Shown: positions 27,662 through 41,300 of the stretch, in pieces | How the letters are laid out: every line of letters starts with the position of its first letter | Numbering within the stretch: the stretch's first letter is position 1 | DNA from: Trichoplax sp. H2 | Lineage: Eukaryota | DNA length: 64,000 nucleotides | Assembly: GCA_003344405.1 (NCBI GenBank) | Contig: NOWV01000105.1 | Location: 186,001 to 250,000 of the forward strand | Reading direction: 5' to 3' | The notes under the pieces: generated by a model | The model's input: only the letters and a program-made list of their open reading frames with translations | Databases searched by the model: none | What the model was told of the DNA's origin: nothing | Program-made: the position numbers and the translations under genes

Positions 27662-28840
27662 CCAGTATAAGGTACTTTCTTCTCCAGAACTTTTACTCTT
27701 TGTCAGTCAGATGTGGGAAAATTCGAAAACTGGCGTATTCTATTGGATAGACTACTCAATTCAAATTAAATGAATAATATTATTTTACACAGCATTGCTC
27801 TCTACCAGTAGTGACGAATCTCACGATTGTGGTAGTGGCGTTGGGTTGATACCTCGCGGAATACCGTAATCCAAGCAGACTCGCTCGCTTAACAGCACAG
27901 TACTGTAGACAATACTGAACGCGAATAACTTCGATGGCAAGATAGCGTGGAAAGTTGCAATTTGTTACCACTCCGATTCAAAATCGATACTTTGGGCTTG
28001 ATTTAGCCTCAACAGTACACAGCTATTCGAAAATTGAAAGTTGCAATTTGTTACCACTCCGATTCAAAATCGATACTTTGGGCTTGATTTAGCCTCAACA
28101 GTACACAGCTTATTTTCCTTAGTGCCACCCAAGTTCATCGCGATGTACTGTATACTACTGAGTCTAGATCGTAACGGTTCGATCCGAACCGAACCGAACC
28201 TTCTCAGGTCTAGACTACTGACCACGGCAAATACTGTACAGTAAGTATACTGTACTGTACCAGTGTGCAGTTCTGGATTTGGGTCTGGATCACACAACGG
28301 AAAGAGAGTGCGTAGTTACTCGCAGACGGGAACGTGCTTCCGCTGTAGAAAATGTCTTGCTGCCATCCACTTAGGCTAAGTCTATGTTCATATTGCTATA
28401 CGGTATGGGGCCAGAAAGTGAATGAATACCTTTATTGTACTGTACTAATCGATGGTTTGTTGTTTGCTTGCAGAATGAAAATAAAATAAAGTCTTATTTG
28501 CACTAACAGTACTCATTGCAGATGCAATATTGGAGTTGCCCACTATACACGCTTGCTACCCAATCGTATTCTTAGCGATCAGGCATGAGTAATTACTATA
28601 CTGTAGAATTGGCAACTTGAACGAGGGCTATTGCGCACGCTCTTTCCTTCCGTTCCCGATTTGACTCCATGCTTACTTCGACAAGCTTTCCCATGGACAG
28701 TACTCAGTACTGTAAAGTACCGTACTGTACTGTAAACTGTACACTGTACAAGCGGTCCATGCGATTGCGTCACTCCTTGGCTTGACTTTGAAAATATTGG
28801 CAATGGCAAAACAACGCTGGAATTCAATCATTTTGATGTT
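27662..28840. promoter_or_regulatory. Putative divergent promoter region between the methyltransferase and P450 paralog B
   Basis: Head-to-head start codons at 27661 (-) and 28841 (+); visibly more GC/CpG-rich than flanks; dense TACTGTA/CAGTAC motifs. Confidence 0.45.
27950..28110. repeat. 75-bp identical direct repeat (27950-28024, 28036-28110)
   Basis: gaaagttgcaatttgttaccactccgattcaaaatcgatactttgggcttgatttagcctcaacagtacacagct occurs twice with an 11-bp spacer. Confidence 0.92.
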
Positions 28841-31800
28841 ATGATGGCGTTTCCTCAAGAGATATTAACGTGGATTTCCATTGCCATTGCTATTGGCATT
28901 GCTTACGTTGTTAAGCAGATTATTTCCAATTTATAATCACCTTTAAACAAAGTAAGTAGCCTACTGTATTTTGAATGATGAGCAGATACAATTGCTTTGC
29001 AATAGTACCTCCGTGGTGAAACAATCGTGATGGATTCAACATTGACGTATAGTGACCACATTCGAGATATATTGCAGGCTATAGGATCATGATGGATGTC
29101 TATCGACATGATCAATAGCTAACCTTATATATGATTCAATCCTTATTAAGCTTGCTATGGTATTCTAGAATATTGGGAATGTTGTATTGCTTTAGTAAAC
29201 TGTTCTCTTCTTGTATACGTGCGAAATTGCTACACCATAAAAGGATTGCAATGTCCTTCATAAGTGCTGTGGATCGTCTTGAAGAATTAGCCTTCTTTGA
29301 CCATACTTTCCATATCATTTATCGTAGATTCCTGGTCCACCAACATGGTCACCTTTGGGACATTTACCTACAGTGATGAACGAGCCGCCAGGCGATCCAT
29401 ATATACAGTTCGTAAATAGGCAATAATTGATAGTGTAGAAGTTTCATGCTTGTAGATGAAGTCTATACTGCCTGTTGAACGTGATGGTACAGTACATACT
29501 GTACATGAAAAATCGAATGAATTGATCAAGATCGACGTATAATGAATAAATATGTGTATTATGTAGCTGTTACTGACGTTTTTTTCCATTTTACTTGCTT
29601 TACAAGCTATATCAAAGCTATTACACCTTTGATTAGTGAAAGTCAACACACTTGAATACGTCCATAAAATTAAAATAAACGTATATATTACCTGAGCTAA
29701 AACGTTCTTAAATTGTATTAGATGGAACCAACAATACGGAGGCATCATTCGTTATAGTTTTCCTATGTATAGCCAACGAATCGCGATAATCGATCCCGAG
29801 TATACCAAACATATTCTTGTTACGCATTGTAGTAAATACCGAAAGCCTACCCAGACCAGAAGGTTAGTTCAAAGAAACGGGCTTGTTACGCTCGTTATAC
29901 AAAATGACACAGCGTAGAAACTAAGATTTGATTCTAAGGCTTCGAATGATTTCGTTCTAGTTTATTAATCGGTATCATTGGCGATGGACTCATTTTACTA
30001 GAAGGCCAAGAACATGCCAGAGCTCGTAAGATTATTAATCCGACGTTTAAATATAGTAAAATTAAAGGTAAGAGGTCGCCCAGTATTGTATAATAATTGT
30101 TTGTCATGTATAGTTATATATTATTATTTTACGTAGTGGTTACTTCGACAGTAGCTTGTAAATTGATTTTTTTTTTTTTTATGCAATGTGTGCTTATAAT
30201 AATACTTTCACTCACAACACAACACACGTACATGATACGTGAACTTTACTAGGTATATTTAGGGCTTCGGCCTGGGCTGTGCTATATCAAATGGAAATTC
30301 TCATACAATAAATAAAAAAATATTAATTATTATATACTTGTTCCAGTAAATACTCATCTAATTGAACTAATAACTATAATTACTTCTTTTTACAATACTC
30401 AACTGATCAATAGCAAAAAGTGAAAATGTAGCGAAATATCACAAGCAAGGGTTCCACTAGTATAGATAAATGCATAATTGGGAAGGATCACTAGGGTCCT
30501 TTCCACTCACTGAGAAATCCTTACGCTTTAATCTTCTTTTAAATTACTCAATGACTATATATAGTATTAGATCAAATATCATATGAAGCATTCTACCACA
30601 CCCTATCTTATATATAGTTACTAACTCATTTCCTATAAAGATCAAACGATTGAAATTATCTTGTTTGTCATACTACTATAGAATTGGTTCCCACTTTTCA
30701 AAGCTTTGCCGAAGTTTTAGTAAATTATTGGCAAAATGAAATTGACGAGCATGGTGGTTCCAAGGCTACATTAGATGTTCACAAAGATTTATCTCGAATC
30801 ACGCTAGATGCAATATGTAAATCTGCATTCGACTATGACTGCAATGCTTTAACAGACAAAAATAATGAGGTATCAGTTGCTTTTGCCAAGGTCCTCGGAG
30901 GCCTTACTTTAAAGTAAGTTTTAGATAGGTATATACTACAAAGTTAGTTCATAATATCGGATGTTGCTAGGGCAAGGAATTTACTCAGTTTGTCAGTACT
31001 GAGAGATATTAGTGTATGGCGTGCCTTTCATACCTTATAGTGCATTTCGCTCTAATTTTTTCCTATTTATTATTTTTAATTAACCTTTATAGCTGGACAT
31101 ACTTTATACCAGGTTTTAAATATTTACCTACTCCTAGTAACATTGAAGGAAAGCGTGCCTTGTCTATTTGTCATGGTACTGTCAGGAAAGTAATTGACGA
31201 AAAGTTAAAAAAAGAAAATATCGGTAAAGGGACAACTTTATTATCTTAATTATATAGTTATACGTTACGTTAAAGCGTTGAAGATGAAAGAGATGTAAAG
31301 TGAAAAATAATTGCCAATTATAAGTGAAAAAATGGGTTGAATATTACCGTAGGTGAAGAAAAGTGCTTGTTGGATATTTTATTATCGCTTAGAGATGAAG
31401 ACAATAATGCTGGCTTTACGCGTAATGAATTACAAGATCACGTTATGACATTTATGTCTGCTGGTCACGAAGTTAGTACAAATAAGTGTCATAAGATGAC
31501 TGTTACTTCATAATTTATATCATATCAATTGCATTGGTGTACTGTAAATTATGAAGGCAGAACTAACTAATATCCTTCAACGCATTAAGCTGTGATCAAT
31601 TCATTACATTGTTTAGACTATCAGTGTAGCATTGGCTTGGACATTATATGCTTTGGCTACTAACCCTGCAGTGCAAGAGAAAGTTCGCCAAGAAATTTGT
31701 AAGGTTATACAACCAGGTGACAACATAACTTGGGATACGTTTGATGACTTGCCTTACCTTGACAACGTTATAAAAGAGTCACTTAGGTAATTAATATATA

Positions 31801-32552
31801 AGACTACAAATTTACATATTGCATGATCTATAAATACCTAAAAATTAATAATATGTATACGTAATATGTTGGAAAGGAGATTTATATTCTGAGACTATGG
31901 CTTTAAATCTTTATTATCATCTGTGTTTGATCCATAGGTTATATCCACCAGTACCAATGACTTTTCGACAGGCAATAGCTGACGATAAGATAGGAGAATA
32001 TTTTATCCCGAAAGGAACTATGATTGCAATTATACCACCTTATAGGTAACTTAAAGATATCTTCGACAGGGCATTATGACATAGTTATTGATTTAGCCTA
32101 TAAAAGTTTCATAAATCATTTATTCTTTTATCGCTTTTCTGACTTTTATGTTTTAAAATAAGTCTACATTGAAGAATTAAATAACTTTACAAATTGACGT
32201 TGTAAATATTATTTCAAGTGGATTTAGCAGTTTTAAACAGATCAATATTTATTTTCATTTATGATATAGGAATCCAAAGTATTATGATGAACCCTTACAG
32301 TTTGAACCAGACAGATGGAACAATTCAGCTAAGAATGCCAGTCCTTATGTATATTTACCGTTTCTTAGGGGGCCTCGAATTTGCATTGGCTCAAAATTTG
32401 CAACAACGGAAATAAAGTGCATCCTGTCTTCACTATTAAAGAATTTCTCTTTTCAACCTTATCCAGACCAACCAGTTGAAAGGAAGTTACAAGTTACGAT
32501 GAGGCCTCATCCATCCTTGAAACTTATTGTTTCATCGTTGTTACCTTCATAA
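28841..32552 (+). pseudogene. Cytochrome P450 paralog B, complete 10-exon structure with one in-frame TAA (28934-28936) in exon 1
   Basis: Exons 28841-28951, 29328-29407, 29722-29862, 29961-30067, 30682-30913, 31093-31223, 31353-31471, 31617-31786, 31938-32045, 32270-32552. Motifs AGHETIS, KESLR, FEPDRW, FLRGPRICIG. Codon 32 is TAA where paralog A has TTA. Confidence 0.8.
30249..30277 (-). mobile_element. Possible Helitron-type 3' terminus within P450-B intron 4
   Basis: Minus strand reads cccaggccgaagccctaaatatacCTAG|T: a short GC hairpin about 10 nt before CTAG-T. This intron (614 nt) is over twice the length of the homologous introns in paralogs A and C. Confidence 0.3.
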
Positions 32553-34449
32553 TGATAAAATCTCTGCTTAATTGTACCATAATAACTAGCGACAAATCCA
32601 GAAATTTAAATTTTAGCTCGAATTGTTTACGTATAATATATGTACAGTATATTGAAAGTGCATTCAAATTTTCATACAATTTTATTTAAAGTTCGTGCTT
32701 ATTGCAGCTATGAACTTCGGCTAATGTAAATCGTTGGCTAACAATACGTAATTCAATCTATGTGGATTTCTGGTTAACTATAGAATATTAGATAACTCTT
32801 TGGTGTTGCCTGTTTTATATGATATTTATAATCCATTGGTTTTACATTTAAAAATCGAATAAAAACAACATAAAACTTCATATGAACTCAGTTAGCGTGA
32901 TAATTGATGGGTAATGATCGAACAATATCATGCTTCTTAGTTCCCGTGGTTCATACGGGGAAAAAGTATGTCTGAATTAACTGTTGCTATCTTCTCCTAA
33001 ATCAAAAGGAGGCACGAGGGTATTGTACTTATTTAGTAAATTACACTAGCATTATAGCAATTAGTCGATCTGTATAGCCGTTCTTTCCTGCAGTAAATTG
33101 TAATGTACTTGAGCTATAGAATGAGAAAGTAGACCAAAAAACTACGATCATTTAGCTACAAAACTACAGCAATTAAGAAGAGACACTTGATTTCTAAATT
33201 AATTGTAATACCGAATTCCTTAACATAAAGAATATATAGAAATAGCCCACAAAAGTTATTTATTTATTAACTAGTATTCATTGCTTGGCGTGTGCAGCAT
33301 AAGTAGCAAGATATAAAATAGGGGCAAGAAATGATCGGCGATGGGTTGCAAAGAATTATAAAATGCAATGCCAAATGCTATTATTCCACCTACTGCTTAG
33401 TAGCACAAGTACTATAATTGTTGAGGTAACTGTTATCACATAGCTATCTTCCTGCTAGCAACCTCTATGTATATCATTTACAGTAAAATTTTCGTATAAA
33501 TAAAGTTTTAATTCAATAAATTTAGCTTTGGTAGAAACTACGCACGCATTTAAATGTTTCTCGTTTAACTGTCCTTACTTGTAAAACAATTTTTGAAAGT
33601 CATTCAAATTGCAGCATGTGTTCAATAATTTGTATTAGTAATTGCTTCTATTAACGATTCTATACTTGAAGATGGACTTATGATCGGTTGACTTATCACT
33701 TCGTAACTGGGCGATCTGAATAATTTCATATATGAGAAATTTACGTTTTTTGATTGTGATACAAATTATACTGTTAGCACTTTCGGTTAGATCTTAACGT
33801 AATTACATTTAAATATGCAATATACATGTAATTATTGATGAAACAGGAAAAAATATACGAATTACCGTTTAAATAGGGAGTTGTATTTAGAAGTCAGAAT
33901 ACTATTGTATCCCTTTTGTATACAATAAAAGTTATATTTTATGAGCTATAGTCCCTAGATCACTCAGTAACTTGGCGTGTAAGGCGGATATAAACTTTAA
34001 TGAGGACAAGTTACTATAATGCAAGCGTAATTTATCTAAATAAGCTAGTGGAACAAGGTACGGAAATTATAATGATAGTAATTTTGGCTTGTGTTTATAC
34101 TGTAGTAGGTGAAAATCCGATAGTTGCAATTAATACTGTAAAGCAGCATTACTAGAATTATTTACCGTCGGATATCAGTACGCGTAGTAGATGTCTTAGT
34201 AAAAGTATTTTATTTATCTATAAACAAGAATAGACAGCTAATGAGTTCTCAGTAATTAAAATTTTTAAAAGGAAATAATTGATACAAGCAAAAGATTTAA
34301 TATTAAATGTTATTTTAAATGAGGTATAGAGTAGAATATGTTTTTGGTCGAAAGCATTAACAGCTTATGGATACACATTCACTAAAACTTTAATTTCCGA
34401 ATTCGTTAAATAGGTTTTAAGTAAACGAATAGAAAATAAATAGTTATCA

Positions 34450-37400
34450 TCAAGGTGACACTGGTGAAACGATAAGTTTCAAAGGCGGATATGGCCGCAT
34501 TGTAATATGCAACTTTCTCTCAATCTGTTGGTTAGGATAAGGTTGGAAAGAAAAATTACTTAATAATAACGATAAGATACACTTCATTTCCGTTAGTGCA
34601 AATTTAGAGCCGATGCAAATTCGCGGCCCTCTAAGAAATGGCATGTATGCGTATGGACTGGTATTCTTGGCTGAGTTATCCCATCTATCCGGATTAAACT
34701 TTAAAGGTTCTTCAAAGTACTTTGAACTCCTAAATATAATATTCATGGTAGCAAAGAAATTTTTTAGTAACAGCCATGCTTTCAACATGTAGACAATTAT
34801 AGTTTTGACATTTACCATCATTCAATTTGTAATATGCACGAAGATATTTATTTCAATATAAGCTTCGAATACAATGATAAAATAAAATTACATGAAGTTC
34901 TTTCACGTGCAAGAATAACTTGCTTTAAGCTCGCTTTACTCTTGCTACGCTTGAGTTACCTATGAGGAGCTAAAATTGCAATTGTAGTTCCTTTGGGGAT
35001 AAAATATTTTCCTAACTTATCATCTGCTGTCGCTTCTCGAAAGGTCAGTGGCGCAGGTGGATATAGTCTAAAAATCAAATATAGATAGTTACTTAGAGAG
35101 TAAAAAGTACATAGAAGAAATAAGGAATTACTCAAAAGACTTTATTGTCAAAATATTAGCAATCAAAGACCGCTCAATAAACAATTTGTAGATATTGTTA
35201 TAGCAGATTAATAACCTAAGGGACTCTTTAATAACGTTCTCAAGGAACGGTAATTCGTCGAAAGTACTCCATGTTATATTATCACTTGGTTGTATAACCT
35301 TACAAATTTCTTTACGCACTTTCTCTTGAAGTTCAGGGTTGCTAGCCAATGCATATAATGTCCAAGTTAATGCCACACTTGTAGTCTAGAACAGATATCA
35401 TATTTATTATATTATAAAACTTTAAGGAACTCTCGTTAAGTAAAAGACTCCATAGCTCATTTTTTCAATTTAATAACGGCAGTATAATTGTATACTTCAT
35501 AAATTGTAATCTTACGTTAAGCGACAGTCCTAACCTCATGACCAGCAGCCATAAAAGTCATAATTTGATCCTGTAATTCTTTACCAGTAAAGCTAGGATT
35601 ATTTTCTTCATCTTTTAGCGAGAGTAAAATATCTAGCAAGCATTTTTCTTCATCTACAACAATATTTAACCATTTTTTAATAGTATTTATCTAAAATTAT
35701 TAAACAATCATTATAATACTAACGTTTTAATATAATATTCAATTTCAGATTAAAATAATAAAATAGTTTGCATACCAATAGGCCCCTTCTCTAATTTTTG
35801 GTTAATTACTTTCTTGACAGTACTATGACAAATAGATAAAGCACGACTTCTTTCTCTATTGCTAGATGTAGGTAAATATTTAAAGCCTGGTACCAAATAT
35901 GTCCAACTAAAGAGTTTAAAATTAAAAATTGCTAGGTATTTAATGAACTTATTACTAAAATATGTGTAATACACGATACGTAAGGTAAATACAAATGCAA
36001 ATACATTACGAGACCAACATTTTAGCAGACAATTTCTTCTTCAATTATTATTATGATATAATTTTCCAAGATACGCTTATCAAATACTTACTTTAAAGTA
36101 AGGCCTCCAATAATCTTCCTGAAGGCAACCGATACCTGATTGTTCTCATTTGTTAATGAATTACAATCGTAATCAAATGCACATTTGCATATGATATCTA
36201 GGGTGATTCGAGCAAAGTCTTGATGTACATTCAACGTAGCTTTTTGGTCACCGCGCTCGTCGATTTCATTTTGCCAGTAATTTACCAAGAGTTGGGCAAA
36301 ATTTTGAAATACTGGTGCCATCTCTGGTGTAACAAACAGAAAATTAGCCGATGCGATCTATTACAGGTAAGGAGATATTACACATGAGATAAGATGTAGA
36401 ATAGTATATTTCTATACGTTACTCAAATCTAATGTAATATGCAGCTACTGTCCAATTTAAGATTTTGAAATGAATAATATATTTTAGACATCTTTAACTC
36501 GCAATGACTAAGAGATAGCATCGAGTTGGTTTGCTGTTAAGTATCTACCCTAAAATAGATATTTTACCTTTAATTTTATTATATTTAAATGTTGGATTAA
36601 TGATTTTCCGAACTTTAGCATGCTTTTGCCCTTCAAGCAAAAGCAATCCTTCACCAATAAGATCTCCTAAGAAACTGAAATGAAATCCTGAGAGTTATCA
36701 CTATACTATCATGCTATTTTAATTTTGTATGATAATTTCTAAGCTGAATAAAAGACAAGATGCCGACAACAAGCATACAAAGTTATAACTTACGCCTTGG
36801 TGCGTAAAGGTTTACGATATTTAGTACACTGCGTCACCAGGACATGCTTGATATACTCTGGATCAGTAATGGCGACCCGTTGGGAATAAATCGGAAAGCA
36901 GTAACGAACGATGCCCCCGTGTTGTTCGCTCCATCTACAAGTAAGATAAAAGAGAAAAGCTAATTTCAGCAAGTATTTAGTACTAGAGAGAAACGAAGCA
37001 ACTACTTATTCTCATTCACAAATTTACGAAATTAGCATAAGACTCTTTGGATGTAGCTTGTATAGTAGACTAAACATTAACTTTACAATCATCTATGATT
37101 TTATAGAAGGATTGATAAATATATTTCTTGACAAAGGGAAATTGATGATGATATTCATAGGATATTATCTCAAGTAAGTAGAATAGATGTTGAGGTCACG
37201 TAAAAATACGATGTACACAAACTTGTATCTTGTTTTATATTTAGAAACTGTTGAATACTAACTGTAAATAAGGATCGCCAGGTGGTTCTTTCATAATAAT
37301 GAGTAAATGCCCCAATGGCGACCATGTTGGTAGTCCAGGAATCTAAAACGATGATTTACGAGTTTATCATATCAACAAACGAGGTAAACGACTATCAATT

Positions 37401-37801
37401 TTTGACACCATCTATCGTAGATTATTTCATTCAAGCCGACTCTAGACTCTTACAAGCAAGATCAACATTGTCCATGTTATGTTATACTTACTGCAAACAT
37501 GCACAGAATCAAATGGCAAGGCGAGCAACGTTAGCGATTAATAAAGTTAGTCATAAGGTATCCAGATCGTGCGATCTCGATGTAAACTATTTGCTACAAA
37601 AGTAACACCATGGCAATTTCAAACATAACCATGCATCCTTGTCATACTGTATTATCGTCAGGTTAAATCGTTTTTTAACATCCACCTTACCTTATTTAAC
37701 GGTGAGACTAGCTTGGAAATGAACTGCTTGATTAAATAAGCAATAGTAATGCCTACGATGATAGAAAGCCACGTCAAGATATCAAGGAGAAAAGAAGCCA
37801 T
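34450..37801 (-). CDS. Cytochrome P450 paralog C, intact, 10 exons, about 492 aa
   Basis: Exons (minus) 37801-37691, 37342-37263, 36934-36794, 36674-36568, 36323-36092, 35906-35776, 35653-35535, 35385-35216, 35067-34960, 34729-34450 total 1479 nt. Same intron positions and phases as paralog A. Motifs AAGHETT, KESLR, FNPDRW, FLRGPRICIG. Confidence 0.93.
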
Positions 37802-37844
37802 TTCATTACTCGTACAACAAAGAAACAGGATTTTGTCGTATTTA

Positions 37845-38090
37845 GGATAAACTACCTGATTTAAGGATGAAAAAGGTCTACTTAAAGTAGCATAAATTGC
37901 TTGATCATTGGATACAAAAGGTGTATTTAGCGGGAAAGCTGCCTAATTATATGTATTGATGCTAACAGTATACTGTATTCGATGTAAACTGCCTGATTTT
38001 AAGAAGCAAATGGTAGATTGAGTATAAACTGTTTGATTTGGGGATGTTTATTTAGTGTAAACTGCCTTATTTTAGGATACAAATGGTAAT
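37845..38090. repeat. Degenerate tandem array, about 6 copies of TAAACTGCCTGATTTTAGGAT..AAATGGT
   Basis: Copies start near 37848, 37893, 37935, 37985, 38025 and 38058. Confidence 0.6.
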
Positions 38091-38345
38091 AGTGACCCTC
38101 CCCCTAGTACCAAGCGAATTTTCATCGTCGTTTCTATTCGATTTGTATGAAAAAATTGGACTGACTGCGTAGTATAATTTGCTGTATGTTGCAGTTTACC
38201 GTATTTGATAGTATATCATACTGCACTTAAAGTCCTCTAAAAAACTGAATGGGATTCATATTGACATCGGAGATTCTGCTAGATCATTATTCTGGAATCT
38301 TTGACCATAGACATGGGGCACTATATCTAAATTAGCTTGATTGAG

Positions 38346-41300
38346 ATAGCATCGTCTCTGCTCAATATATTGACCAGGCTTTCCGTCATCATCGCTCTTG
38401 TTATTGCCTATATAGCCAAGTAATTGATCTTCATGATATGGTCGCCATTAAATAAGGTAAAGCTGCATGCATTGGTCAGACTTGCAAATTACGATTTGGC
38501 TTATGCTCTATGAATTGGAGCATAACTGGTTAACAGAAACTAGAGATTGAATGGAAGGATCATTAGAGCAATTCGTCAGTATCTAACACTGTTTTCCAAC
38601 TTGAGGAAATTTTCCCTGTTCTTGTACTTTCTCACTTGGTGCTACTGATTGCATATTGGAAACATATTTACCTACGTCCCTTGGAAAAAGTATCACGAAT
38701 AGTTATCATGATGACGAAATTGTTGTCTAGTTTGTGAGCAGTGTACAATAAATCTACAGCCAACAAGTTTAATTTTCAATTGTTGACTTTCTTCGCTATG
38801 AAATAGAATTAAAGCTTACAACAGTTTTATTTAACCATACGTGCAGTATAATTGCTTATAACATAAATAGTACAAGTAGACCATTTCATCATACCAGCCA
38901 TCATCTGCAACGACTTTATTCAGCACAGCAGATTCGTCTACATTATGTAGTGTAGGCTTTGAATTATTATAAGACTTCCATTCTACATCACTATTGTAGT
39001 TAACTGAAAATCTAAAATCATTCTATCATCGTTTATAATTTGAGGTTTTTTAACAAGTTGTAACACCTACATGATAGAAACTGGAATAGAATTCAAAGGA
39101 TGAAAGATATTTTCTAATAGTAATAATTCATCACCATCTCAAATGACTCAATGGTGCCGGAGACCTTTCAGTTTTCTCTTAATAAATCATAATCTATGCT
39201 CGTAACAGGATAAATAACATTTCATATTAAAATGAGATGCTACTTCAGCCAGCTGTAAGCCTTCTTGATAGAATAGAAATGTGCTTGGAAGGCTGTAGCA
39301 TAATCCAGGATCTACCGTTGCAATATAAGCTAACTTTGCACCCTAGGATCAGCATCTCGACTCATATTCCGTAAAATTGTTTACTATCGTCTCAATGGAA
39401 TACAGCTTGAACTTGCCACAAACTTATACAATCCTTGCTATTGGTTGTCGCGTTAGGAAACTCTAGTACCTACATGATTACTTTATATCTTTTTATAATG
39501 CAAGCAATTTATCGTTAAGTTGTAATCGGACTTTACACACCCTGATCTCATCATTATCGTCAAAGACTTGTATCTGTAACAATGCGTACTATAACTATCT
39601 TATCCGCTGACAGCCTGAGTAATTATCAGTAACTACCCTGCTAATAAAAGTCCTTGCTTCATCCTCAATCTGTCTCTACAATCTATGTGAATTAAGACAT
39701 AATATCAAGGTATCAAACATTGTTATACAACAATTGCAATTTATCGCTGCTTGTGGTAATGTATCTTAAATCAGAAATAATCAAATTCGATAGCTTAAAA
39801 TGTTTTGCTTATCACATAAATTACTTCTTCAACTAAGAACAAGACTAAATAACTCTTGGAGAAGAGATCTCGTGCTTCTATACACTATAATGATTCAACT
39901 ACATCTAGATCGGTAATCTCTAATTTATCTTTATCAAGTTATTCTCATAGTCTCTGATGTCCAACTACCTACTGTAAATAGGACATTCCTAATCCAAGGT
40001 ACAATATTTACTATAACTATTTAGCACGGATATGTATCAATCTTACGTATTTACATATCACCTAGCAATTTCATATAATCTGTCAAGGTATTTCAAGGAC
40101 TGCAATACATTGCTTTAACGAACTGTAAACTTGTATGATAGATTACGAATGTCCTTAATTAAAGGTTGTAGCTTACAACTTCTTGTATTAACAGAGGCTA
40201 AATCGTAGCATTACAAACTCTCGTAAATGATGGTATTGTTAATGTTTTCCCTTTATTAATGCACTTTTGGTTAACATGATTGTGTTATTATTATTATCCC
40301 ATTAGGTACCTAGTCCTTCAACATAGTGGCCTTTCGGGGCATTTACCTATTCTTTTCAGAGAACTACCAGGCGATCCCTTCATCATGTTCGTATTTACTG
40401 TACGTATTTGTATACATCAACGTCAAACATTTTGTATTTCTGTAATATCATATATTACCTACTTTAGACTATGCAATACACTGGAGCTATATCGAAGCAT
40501 AATAACAATTCGTCAAAGTTCATAAAATGATAGTCTTCATTGATCATTTTAACATGTTATAGCTGTTATTAAAATCAAAATTTAGTTGATGGATGAATTC
40601 TATCATGGGAACATTGTATTAGCCGATTTTTATTTTCTCAAAGTATTGAACAAAATCCTCTTGCCTAAGTCCAGATTTTCTAATTTCAGATGGAGTCAAC
40701 AATACGGAGGAATCATCCGTTTATGTTTCCTTTTCTATAGCCAACAAATCGCTGTAACTGACCCAGAATATATTAAGCATGTCTTAGTTACACGTATTGA
40801 TAATTACCGTAAGCCTACACTGATGAAAAGGTAATTAAAAAGTATGGATACTGATAAAATTTCGTGTTATTTTCAAGATAAAAAATTGGCAAATTTTTGA
40901 TGCTGGGATTTAACACCGAATTTGCTTTCATACTAGCTTCGTAGTAAATATTCTTGGCGAAGGACTTATCTTAATAGACGGTGAAAAGCATACTTCTGCT
41001 CGTAAAGTTATAAATCCAGCATTTAAATATAATAAAATTAAAGGTAAAAAGAGGTGGTCTTAAAGCTATCTAGTTAATGGTAAAAAATTTTCTAATAAGT
41101 ATCGCTTTGATACTTTCTCAGTAGTTATCTAAGATCTTATACCTTTAAAGCTCTCATATAATTTCAAAGCTGCAGTATCACTAAATAAAATATGTAAATA
41201 TTAGACTTGAACATTTTGCAAATAAATATGTCATACAATTATGTAATTTCAGTTTCGTGACTGGGAAAAGATCTTGAACTGTATTCTTTCTGTTCGATGC

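Noticed and set aside
27780-29748. Many overlapping short ORFs near the methyltransferase and P450-B
   Set aside because: Explained by locally higher GC and by overlap with P450-B exons and introns in wrong frames or strand.
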